Origin: Lama glama
Taxonomy: Eukaryota
Direction of reading: 5' to 3'
DNA length: 64,000 nt
Assembly: GCA_028534125.1 (NCBI GenBank)
Contig: CM052817.1
Location: 36,086,001-36,150,000, forward strand
Made by a program: the position numbers and the translations under genes
Notes under the pieces: model-generated
Seen by the model: the letters and a program-made list of their open reading frames with translations, nothing else
Databases searched by the model: none
What the model was told of the DNA's origin: nothing
In this document: positions 14,181-24,754 of the stretch, in pieces
Layout of the letters: every line of letters begins with the position of its first letter
Numbering within the stretch: the first letter of the stretch is position 1

Positions 14181-15193
14181 GCAAATGTATAGAACTAAGT
14201 TATTGTTACTGGAGAATTAAATTAGAATTTCCAAATGTAGAATCAAAACGAAGACAATACTGATAATTTCAATTAAAGTAAGTTCTGGACTTAAGTCAAC
14301 TTCCATTGTTTTAAAAGGCTGATTTTAAGTTACTGATAGTCCATCATAATGTTTGAACATAAGTTTCAGGATGACTAACTCGTTTTTATAAATGTGATAG
14401 AGGATTTAGTCAGACAGTGAAGTGTTTTTATTAACAGGTACAGCAAAGGCAGTAGATGCTTCCAGTAGGACTTTGTGTTCTAAATTCAGAATTATGAACA
14501 GTCTGCTAAAAAAAAAAACCTGGGAGAAGCTACAGGGGAGAAGGATACCTTTTGGTCATACAAGCCCCCTCTGTTTGTGAACATAATCTCTGGCTTTCTG
14601 CCCTTTCTTCTACTAAAAGTAATGCTCTGGGCTTTGTTGTAACTCTCAGCAAGTCTCATACTATGAAAGAATTGTTATTGAAATATATTTCTACCGTTCT
14701 TGCTGTGTATAAAACCTATGGATTAACAAATGTGTTCTTAAAATAACACTTTAGTATTCTACACTGAAGAGGAAATTATAAGGGAAAGCTGGATAATTAA
14801 CAAGCATTTAGCAGACCTTATGAGAAATTGATTTGGTGTTACCTGTTAAAAATAGATCAGTAAATAACCAACCAAAATAGGCTGGTGATGTTCTTAGAGA
14901 AAAATGACTACATAAATAAACACATTCAATTTTCTAAGGATAAAATGCAGAAATAATACGTGGAAATAGTTTCCATGGGAGTAGCCACTTTGGTCCCTTG
15001 AGAACACAGTCAGTCTTGGACGTGTGTTCTCCCCAGAAATGGGAGCTACGTGCCTTGGGAGATGTCACCAGTGACTAGTAACCACCGCAATGTAAACAAA
15101 CATCAGCAGGAAAGAAATATGGGTACGGCAGGGGTCTCAGAAGTATGCCTTTCTTCTGCAAAAGTATCACGCCTTCCAACGCTAGTGGTTTGA

Positions 15194-15227
<34 letters not shown>

Positions 15228-15369
15228 AAGGAAGAAAGGGGGTGGTTTTATACCATTCTTCTGCCTTCTGCCACAAAACCCCTTAGTTTCAGAGGCAGTG
15301 TCTTTCCTTGACAAATGGATTTCCTTGTTGGCAGCCTCCGTAACCTTGGGAAGCAAGGGACCCTTTGCT

Positions 15370-15850
15370 CTTGCTGCGGTTATTGGTTGCTTTGCCCAGA
15401 CTGACACGTTTGTCTGTGGACTGGCTGGGAGGAAAGTTTCGAGTTACCAGAATTAGGCAAGCCCTCGGAGGAGCCGGAGGAGGGGCGGCGGCGGCGGCGG
15501 CGGCGGCGGCGCAAGCAGCAGCAGCCAGCGCCTTTAAGCCCTGCGGCAGTTGCTCCTCTGATTGGCTGGGTGGTTCAGCTGCTTCCCTGGAACAAAGGTC
15601 AAAGTGGACTGCAGTGTAAATGTAGAGAGACAGCGATCAAATAGCATTGCTGGAAGAAGTTTGGAGGCTGAGAACAGCAGTACGCTGGCTGACTGCAGAG
15701 CAAGTTGCTTCTCCAGCCGTGAGGTGCAGCCTCACGCCCCAAGCCCGGCTCCGTTGCCTCCAGAAGCCAGCAGCCGTTCACCACACAGGCGACCCAACTG
15801 GGCGCGGAAGGGACAGTTGTGAGGATTTCCTTGCAAATTTACAGGCAAGG
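15370..15850 (+). promoter_or_regulatory. FAM13A: Internal CpG-rich promoter and 5'UTR of the FAM13A short isoform
   Basis: Most CpG/GC-rich segment of the window, directly upstream of the ATG exon. GC box GGGGCGG 15482, TATA-like TTTAA 15533, inverted CCAAT boxes at 15382 and 15558-15567 (CTGATTGGCT). The exact TSS cannot be read from sequence. Confidence 0.8.
15484..15523 (+). repeat. (GGC)9 followed by (GCA)3 trinucleotide repeat
   Basis: Read directly: GGC x9 at 15484-15510 and GCA x3 at 15515-15523. Confidence 0.97.
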
Positions 15851-15879
15851 ATGGCTTGTGAGATCATGCCTCTGCAAAG
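15851..15879 (+). CDS. FAM13A: FAM13A short isoform, first coding exon (MACEIMPLQ-S)
   Basis: ATG in strong Kozak context (gcaaggATGg). The peptide matches the recalled N-terminus of the short FAM13A isoform. Donor AAG|gtagta at 15880, phase 2, joins in frame to 29547. Confidence 0.93.
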
Positions 15880-16619
15880 GTAGTATTCTTTCCCATTTGT
15901 TTTGTTTTGTCCTTTTCTTTATTTTCTGAGTGGTATAAAACCGTATCACTTTGCCGCTGCTTGGCATCTGTCAGTAATGTGCTGCAAACTGTGTAGAGTC
16001 CATTGGACACAACTGTTCTTCCCTGAGACCAGAAATATGTATTCTGTTGCTGCTTTTCCTGACATTTATGCCCAACTTTTATCTTTTTCACTTGGTGAGT
16101 CTGTTCAGTTATTTCCTTCCTTGAATGAAAATACATGTAAGAAAGTAGCTTTGACATCTGAAGAAAAACAGAAACTGAAGAATATATTGAGCAGATTTAA
16201 AATAAAACTGAGTCAGCTTCTTAGCGATGTTGTGAGGCTGTGGTAAGCGCTAAGCTCACTTTGAAGGATGTCAGTAGGCTGAGGACCTTTTTAAAAATGC
16301 CATCTCAGGACTCCTTTCTGCTGGAGTTCAGATCTAGGCAAGAATTTTCCATCAATAAGTACTTTATTAATATGTGGGCATAAACATTAAGGGTATTATT
16401 TCCCCATAAATAATTCTTGATAGATTTATTACACAAATGACACGTTTAAAGAAAATTACTATGTAAGAATGGTGGAGCACAAGGCTCTGTCTTGCTCCTT
16501 AATGATTGTAACATAAACTGCAGAGGGTGGGGTGGAGGAGTTATACCAAAGCAGAAAGAGGTGAATTTAAGCAAAGGGCTTAAAAAGAACACTGCTGGTG
16601 AACTAATAATTGAATAAAG

Positions 16620-16730
16620 TGTCCTGGACTTTTGAAGCTGGAAGTCGCCTTGGTGGTGACGGAGTCCAGTCCTCTCATTTCACAACAGGAAAGCTGAGGC
16701 TTGGAGGAAGTCAGAGTTGCCCATGGTCAT
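16620..16730 (-). mobile_element. MIR fragment
   Basis: cctctcatttcacaacaggaaagctgaggcttgga...ttgcccatggtca. Confidence 0.65.
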
Positions 16731-18049
16731 GTTTGATTATTTTTAAAATTACTTTTGCCAGTCATATTATCCTCTTTCAACTGCAGCTGCCTTACATGCA
16801 GTGGCATTTGATTCCATGTACCTGCTTCCTTGAAGAAAACTCTAGAGGGCTTTACTAGTGAAAGTGATTTTAAAAGCCAAATAGTAAATATGGTTTACCT
16901 GTAAGATTGGAAAAACCTAGACAAAAATGAGTTTCGTTTTTAAAAACCACGCCACCAGTCTTTCACTGAATGTTGAGGTTTTAACAGTGAAAATAAGGTA
17001 AATGAAAATTTAATGTTTGTTTGCAAAATGGTTCCTGCAGATGGACGCTGTGAGATGAAACAGTGTGGTTGTTCTTCCTTCACTGTAATGACAAGTGCAC
17101 TGTAATGGGAACTTGAGGGGCTGTCCCTAGAATTCCTTCTCTAAAATTAATAACCCAAGGGAACAGAAAGTGATTTATGGATAGATCTGAAATCTTTCTG
17201 TATTAATTCAGTGGCAAGGTCCATGTGCTTGAAACTTGCAAGAGACTAAACACTGGTGTACCTTTTTTGGAGTCTTGAGTTGGTTTCCAGCTTTAAAGTT
17301 GGGGACTTATTTTTTTCTGATATCAGTTCCTAAGTGTCTCGCAAGTCCTTTCTAGATAAGCATGTAAGCTGTTACTGCACTCTGTAATAAACTACTCAAT
17401 GATATAATAACTGTTAAGTAGAAAATAGATTTTTATACTGCTAAAATATTGTTTACAGAGTTAAACTGATGAAAGCGAAATAGAATCAGTATAATTTCCT
17501 CCAGAATTATTCTGCATTGTGAGTCCTTATCAATAAGCCTATATAAGAGGAATAATTTGTGTATTCAAGAATGCTGATGGGTGCCTTCAGTGTTTCCCCA
17601 TCCCTGAGAGTGTAATTTGATTGATGACCCTGCAGTCTTCACTTCTGGCCCGTGCCTGCCTTTGATTATAAACCTCTGGAAGGCAAGGGCTAGGTTTGTG
17701 TGGTTCTCTTCGTTAAGTATCTCTTGTGAATTTAAGTGCTTACGCAGAAAACTTTCTTGTTTCTCTATAAGATTGCTCTTCCAGTCCCAGTTCAGTATCT
17801 TTAGCTGAGGATTTCTGTGACTCTGGTAAAGATGACCGTGGCCAACTACCCCCACCGTTATCCTGCCCGGAGCAGGAAAGTTGCAGAGCCCTGTGGTCTG
17901 CGTGCAGGCTGATGGGATGAGGGCTTTGCTCCATTCTGTTTAACAGCACTGAAGGGCTAGAAACTGAATTAAAGGTGGGTGAGTGAAAGGATAGCTTTGA
18001 ATACCAGTTAAAGAAACTCATGCTCGCCATCTATATTGAGCAGAGCGGC

Positions 18050-18241
18050 CAGTACTTCTCATACTTCAGGAGCATGAAAATTACCTGGGGGCTTATTTTT
18101 AAAATCAGCTCCTTCCTGCTGCCCTCCTTCCCTGGACTTATTGAATCTGAATCTGGGTGTGACAGGGAAAGTGTCAACATTTTAACAAGCTTCCGGAAAG
18201 CAAATCTGGTACAAATGGGGCACACACTCAGAGAAACACTG
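18050..18241. mobile_element. MER5-like hAT-Charlie element
   Basis: Inverted termini cagtacttctca / cagagaaacactg, internal tgaatctgaatct...ttttaacaagct. Confidence 0.7.
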
Positions 18242-20468
18242 ATCTAAACTATGGTTAATGATTATCGCTTGCATAAAGCCCTCGACAGCAGGGACATGTA
18301 AGATTCTACCACTCTACTGCTCAGCAACCCCAAATAACATGTTTAATATCAGGATCCTAGGTGCTTTCTTCTTAACTGATGCTTTCATTTACTAGATGGT
18401 CGGTGTTACCTATTAAAACAAAGTATACTAACAATGTTTTTTTAATATGTTTTCTTTCTGACTGAACACCACTCTGTACTACCAGTGATATTAAGGAAAT
18501 GAAGACGCAAACTGCTTCACAGAGGTCACATGCTAGTGAGGATGCAGACACATTACCAGACAATTACAATACATGTGGTGAATGCAGTGATGGACAGTAT
18601 AATTAGCATAATAATAGAGATGCCTGCATGGATAACGTTACCCTATGTTTTATTTAACCTCATTTACGCATCTGATCTTATTAGAGGGCACGTTTGTACC
18701 CCAACATCTACTTAGTTTATAATTTCCAATTGTGACTTTTTAGCCTTTCTTAGCATAATGTGAAAGTAGGTAGAAGATAAATTTCTTACTGCTAATCTGT
18801 AACTAAGATGAGAATAACAGATGAGGTTGAAGGCTAAGAATGAAATGAAACACTTTGGTTCCCTTTAATGCATTTTGCTATCTGTTTATTACTTAATGTA
18901 ATTAGCAGACTTTCCAGAATGGAAGTGACTATATAGAAACCCATGATCTTTAGGAAAAAACTACAGAGGCTGAATGTTTAAAATGTGACCCTCTGTAGAA
19001 TGAAGAATTCAGTTCTTAAAGTTCACTTCAAATGGCTCAAATTAATGATTATATCTATTGGGATGGTTAAATTAGCCCAATTATTTTTAAAAATACCAAA
19101 ATATTTACATGTGATTTTTATGTTTAATGATAAAACTCAACACACTCTGTGGCATTGTATGGGTATTCTTGCCAACTGGAAAAGTTCCCCCAGAGAAAAT
19201 AATGTCACAAATAAGTAGAGAAACTATATTAAGAACTGAAATAAAAGTTTTCTTTTCTCGGGTTCTAAATTTACCTTATGCCACTAGAGAGATAGTATGT
19301 TTTTATCAGATTCCAGGCTTTACTTATTCTTTAGTTTCTTTGCATGATTTATAGCCCATTGGATTATTTTTCCTTAGACATTATGGATCCATGGGTAAGG
19401 ATCTCTATTTTATGTAGAGAAAGACTTCAATAGGCTGAAAAATTAAATCTTAACTAACTCATATGTCTATGACAGAACTTTCAACTTTACAGTAGTATTT
19501 TGATTTGCTTGATTAGCTTTCAAATAGTCACTAACTCATTTTATATCCACAAGGGCTAATAATGGAAGGTGAAGTTAAGAGCACTCAAGATTATTCTAGA
19601 TTCCTCTGGTTTTAGTGCGTTGGCATCTGCTTTCACATGTTTAGCGTCATTTTTTCTCTTGGTTTATTTATCAAAGTGGGAAAATGAGATTAATAATGTC
19701 TGTAACTCTCTTTTTCATTACTTCATCTAGCACGTTATGATGGTGAAACACATCATAATTCTAAATTATAATGGCTCTTTGGGAAGATTTATGGCACAGG
19801 GTTAATTAACATGTATTAGTGATCCAGCCTGGGAAAATTTCACTGAAACTTCTTACCAGCAGAATTCATCTAGTCTTCCTAATTACTGGTCTTTAGAATA
19901 TCCTTTTGCAAACAAGTAATCATTGGAAACATGGGGATGAGACGGGAGTCGAGCAGGGAACAACCCAGGTAATGATGGCTCTGCTTGTGGATCGTCTGTG
20001 TGGTGTTAGAGAGCCCTCTGCTGCTTGTGGTGGGGACACCTTCAGCTCATTTATCTGTGAACCCAAATTATTCCAAACCTGTTGGCACTTTGAAGGTACC
20101 CCCTGTGCTCCCCACCCTCCCCCTCCGCAAACAGCCTGACTGAGTTAACAGCTGCCTCACTTCAAGTCTGGGTTAACCCTTCCGGGTTTGAGTGGCTGAC
20201 TTCATCACCAATACGGTCTATGTTTGGTGAGAACAAGTAAGATCTCGGTGGGCTCCTGTCTCACGTGATGATTGCAGTGCCTCTGGAGCTTAAAGGTGTG
20301 CTGATTATTTCAGTAAAGAAGCTGGTATGCACTAAGGTGAGGATATTCTTAAATTTTACAGATATCACCCTCTCTAAACCATTGAAAATAGTAGAGATGT
20401 TAGGGAGTCAACACAAAACAGTGGGGAAAGCAATGGAAAGATAGTAAACTTGCCATCAAAAAACATCC

Positions 20469-20543
20469 AAATCACTATGCTGTACACCAGAAATTAACAC
20501 AACGTTGTAAACTGACTATACTTCAATTTAAAAAAAAAAAAAA
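20469..20543 (+). mobile_element. Very short (~75 bp) young LINE-1 3' tail with poly-A
   Basis: tatgctgtacaccagaaattaacacaacgttgtaaactgactatacttcaattt plus A-run. Imperfect TSD aaacatcca/gcatatcca. Followed by a MIR fragment to about 20710. Confidence 0.85.
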
Positions 20544-21051
20544 GCATATCCAGACACTGACAGCCAAGTAGCTGTGTGAATTTGGGCAGGTCGTTTTCCT
20601 TATCTATAAAATGGGATGATAATACCCAACATATTTACTTACAGGGAAAATTTTATAGTTAAAAGAACATGGTAGTTTTTGTAAATGATGAAACTATTCA
20701 AATGTCATGAGTAATAGCAGTTTGCTTTTCTTTTGTTTATTCTTACACTGGCAGTATCTTTCAATTCCTAGAAGTAGGAGTGCTTAACACAGTTAAGATA
20801 AGGCTCTATCACTGCATTGAATTTCATTGGATGAATATAGAAAGTGACCTAAAGCATGATTTGTGGGAAATGCCACTGAAAACACCATAGAATCAAATTT
20901 CTTGAAACTCTCAAAACTTTTTACCCTGTTTTTTCCTATGATACTTACGTATCTGTGTGATTATCAGAATGAATTGCCAAAGAATTGGTTTATACTATAT
21001 AAAACCTCTTCGAAGCTCTATGTATTCTTCCCTTAAGAAAAGCCAGAAATG

Positions 21052-21228
21052 ACTTCTTTGGTAATAGCCGTACTGAGATGTAACTCACATACCATGCAGT
21101 TCACCTACTTAGCGTATACAATTCAGTGACTTTTAGTATATTCACAACGTTATGCAACCAACACTGCCATCAGTTTTAGAGTATTTTCATAACCCCAAAA
21201 GAAGCCCTGCATTCTGTAGCTGTCATGC
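21052..21228 (-). mobile_element. L1MB-like 3' fragment
   Basis: tgagatgtaactcacataccat...attcagtgacttttagtatattcaca...ccccaaaagaagccctg. Confidence 0.8.
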
Positions 21229-21233
21229 CTTAC

Positions 21234-21326
21234 TGTGGGCTGAATGTCTGTCCCCCCTACAAATTCAGTTGTTGAGTCTCTAATCCCCAGTGTGGTGGTA
21301 TTTGGAGGTGGGACCTTTGGGAGGTC
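21234..21326 (+). mobile_element. MLT1A-like MaLR LTR, 5' fragment only
   Basis: ggctgaatgtctgtcccccc...taatccccagtgtggtggtatttggaggtgggacctttgggaggt, then the match stops abruptly. Confidence 0.8.
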
Positions 21327-22394
21327 TTTATTTCTTGGATAAAAAAGACATGTTAGTGGGAAATAGTGGGGACAAATGTGGTAAACGAAAAAAAAAAAAA
21401 GGAAAATCGTGACAGTGTAGAAACAGATCCTTGACTCATCTTTCTGTGCAGAGTCTTCTGTCAGAGGGAGGGCTTGCTAGCGGGAAGAAAATGAGATAAT
21501 TTGCATGGCTTCCTGCAGTTTTGTCTGCCTCAGGAAATCCACATTCAGAATTAGTTAACAATTTGGGAAATTATATATCTATTTTAACAAGCTCTTAAGA
21601 ATGTTATGATAAAAGTAATTATTGAAAGAAGTTAGTAGAAACAGTTTACTGTTTCCTTCTTCCCTTCTGCGGGTATCCCCATATTCTTTTGATCTTGTTG
21701 CAGTAACTAAAGATTAGAAAACATGTTAACTTATTTATCAATGTTCTAAAAATATTCTCTTATCCACTGATACCAACACCCCCCAAAAGAAAGTTACTGT
21801 ATTTTTACATTCTGAATTACTACCTCCCTAAGGCAGTCTTTCCATGTCTATAATAATGATAAACATCACTTTTCTGAACAAGAACCTCAAAGACAAATGA
21901 AAGCTTCCGGCTGCCTTGAAAATAGTTTTGTGACTAAACCAAACATTTCTTTAAGCCCCACACAAACCTTTGGGTTTCCAATGAAGTGAAATAATTTTCT
22001 TTTCCTGCTCTCAAGCTAGAACAAACAGATCCAGTGTGTGGCAGGGCCATGTTCAAACACTGCCTTGCCTGGGCATATCCTTTCCTGGGTTCACTGTACA
22101 CCGCAGAAAGTACAGTGTTTACATTACTGGCGCAGTGGCGGAACTCCCGCCTCTGACTATGCCGCTGGAGAAAATAAATTTTCTAAGGAAGGGTGGGGGA
22201 AAACCCATGGCACAGTTGCAATTCCGTGAAGTTTTGAATGGAAGGGAATGAGATAAATGAACATAATCAGCATACAGATATCTGAGAGCTTCTTAGCTGG
22301 CAAAATTAATTTTACAAATTATAAACAATTTAAATTCTCAAAATATTTAATCAAATGGTAGTGTTAGCACTCAGCATGGTCTTGATGATGCTGA

Positions 22395-22990
22395 TTTTAT
22401 TCAACAGCCACTCACTGAGCACCCAGACTATTCTAGGAACCTTGCTCGCTGCTGGTGGGACAAAGATAAAGACAGATCCAGGAGGCTGAGCCAGCGTCTG
22501 GACTCAGGAATTTTAGTGTCTTGTGCTGAGCGCTGGCTCATGGCTGTGAACAGAGCCTCTCGGAGTCTGGAGCTCCCTCTCCAGGGTGATAGAGATGGCT
22601 TCCCAGATTAGATGACATTTGAGCTGAGAGATGAAGTATTTACCAGGCGGAGAGAGATGGAGGAAATATTTAAGAGAGAGAGAGGGAACAGCATGTACAA
22701 ACAGAGTTATGAAAGTGCAGTGAGAGGTCTACAGAGACATGCTGCCCTGAGATCAGGAGGACTCGTGTGTGCCAGGTTTAGACATCTGGATTTTACCCCA
22801 AAGACAAAAGGGGAAGCTGGAGAGGCTGTTAGGTTAGGAGGACAAATCTTGTGGGAGAATCAAGGATAAACTGGTCTGGGTGGCAGGGAAACAGAGAGTA
22901 TTGCCCCTATGAAAGACGAAGACAGTAGAAATGGAAAGGAAGGATGAGATTCAGAAAACTTGTATCTTTCTGAGATAGAATCAGTGCAGC
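22395..22990 (-). mobile_element. L2 fragment
   Basis: ttattcaacag...ctgagcacc, gatgacatttgagctgaga, agagggaacagcatgtacaaa. Confidence 0.7.
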
Positions 22991-23794
22991 TCCATAATTG
23001 ATCCCATGTCGGAGTAAGGGGTAAACTTCTTTGAGAGCAGTTGGCTTGTTAATGCAACTTTAGTATTACAACAGGAATAAGAATTCTGTCTTGTGACTTC
23101 TAAACACATCCCCAGCCAGGATCCCCTGTAATGTGCAGCATGAGACTCTAAGCTGTGTCGACCAGTCCACAGGCAGTCCTGATTCACTTTTGACCCTCTC
23201 ACTGTAGGGAGAGATGCAAGAGAGACAGATGCTAAAGCAACCCCGCCCCTCCCTGCTTAAAACCTTTACTCCTCTTCCCTGACAAGCAAGTACCCTCTCC
23301 CCCTCTAATCTCCCAGAGACAGAAAGGTGTTCATCAGCTGGAACTAGCTGGGTAGAGAGATTGAAATAGAATGAGATGCTTCCGAGTTCCCTCCAAGTAT
23401 AAAAGTTCTTTGAATGAAAAAGACAGAATGTAGGTTACAAACAATGCCACGGTCATTAAGTACAGAGGAATCAGAAGAGACCATGTGTCCCTGAGTTTCC
23501 TCCTTGACACCATCCTGTGGGACAAGCAGGTCAAGGATGTTTTACAGAGACCTGGAGATTCTCTGTCAGCTCCCATGAGCTTCTAGAACGACATTTCTCA
23601 TGCCCACTACTGGGCATATCTGGACCCGCTTCCTCTCTGATTTTCTCTGTACTTCTTTGGCCCAGAGCTGATTCTGGCAGTGAGGTAAAGAGGGAAGGAG
23701 TGGTTTCTCTCTGTTCTATGAGAACATAGATCTTAACTCAGCAGCATTCATTGGGTATTGATTACACATCAAGCAAGGGAGATGTGTTTTTAGC

Positions 23795-24007
23795 ACAGCG
23801 TTTTTCACCTGTGGGTCATAAAACCAATCGAGCAGGTTGTGACCAGTATTTCATTTAATTTTATGTAAGTGAAGTGTAACAAAATAGAAAATATCCAAAG
23901 TCAGAGTACTTTCATGACATTTTTGTCCCTCTTATGTGTCTGTATACTACCATGGTGTAAAATGTGTTCCTAACTGGATCGTGACCTGAAATTTCCCCGA
24001 ACACTGT
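23795..24007. mobile_element. hAT-Charlie non-autonomous element (MER112-like; subfamily uncertain)
   Basis: Termini cagcgtttttca / gaacactg, internal aatagaaaatatc...tgtaaaatgtgttcctaactgg. Confidence 0.6.
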
Positions 24008-24218
24008 ATCTGGACTGCTTATTGAGAATAGTTTATTTGAATGAGAGGTTAGTACAGGCCTGGAAATGAAAACCCCATGTCAGTATGGAAAGTGGATTCT
24101 AGTCTTAGCGTCCCTACAAATGAACTTTCAGAGCACAACCTTTTTGTGAGATGGAGATACTTTTGTTAAGCAGGTTCTTAATTCTGGATATGGAAAAAAG
24201 AATTTTTTTTTTAGTAAT

Positions 24219-24754
24219 TGTATGTGTTTCCTAGCACGGCTGTAATAAAGTACCACAAACAGGGCAGCCCACTGACCCCAGCCAGATCCTGTGTTAGTTA
24301 CTGATGAAAGGCACTGGGAGTTTCTCTCTTCAATGACTTGGCTTTGCAATTTGCTAAAAGATTGAAGGACATTGGTTCATGGTGCAGAGACGTATGGTCT
24401 CAGCGTTCTCGGGGCCAGAGGTCCCAAAGTAACATGTTGGCGGGGCTGTGCTCCCTCTAAGGACACTGGAGAACGAGTTGTTCCAGGTCTCTCTCCTCGA
24501 CATCCGGTAGTTCCTTGGCTCGGGCAGCACAACTCCAGTCTGTACGTGGTGTTCCCCCTGTATGTTCATCTCACTCCCAGTTTCCCCTTTTTATTAGGGT
24601 GCCGGTAATACTGAATTAGGGCCCACTCCAGTGGTGTCATGTTAACTTGGTCACCTCAGTCAGGACCATGGTTTCAAATAAGGTCACATTCTGAGTTTCT
24701 AGAGGTTAGGGCTTCAACACATCTTTTCAAGGGGATACAGTTCAGCCCATAACA
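24219..24754 (-). mobile_element. MLT1B/C-like MaLR solo LTR with an internal foreign segment
   Basis: TG...CA termini, gtaataaagtaccacaaac at left and aaataaggtcacattctgag...cagttcagcccataaca at right. Confidence 0.85.

Noticed and set aside
15075..15456. Overlapping ORFs on both strands upstream of the promoter
   Set aside because: Driven by a T-rich low-complexity tract; no coding signature.
15365..15619. Poly-alanine ORF across the GGC repeat
   Set aside because: No ATG, likely begins upstream of the TSS, and ends in TAA before the FAM13A frame; it is a by-product of the repeat.
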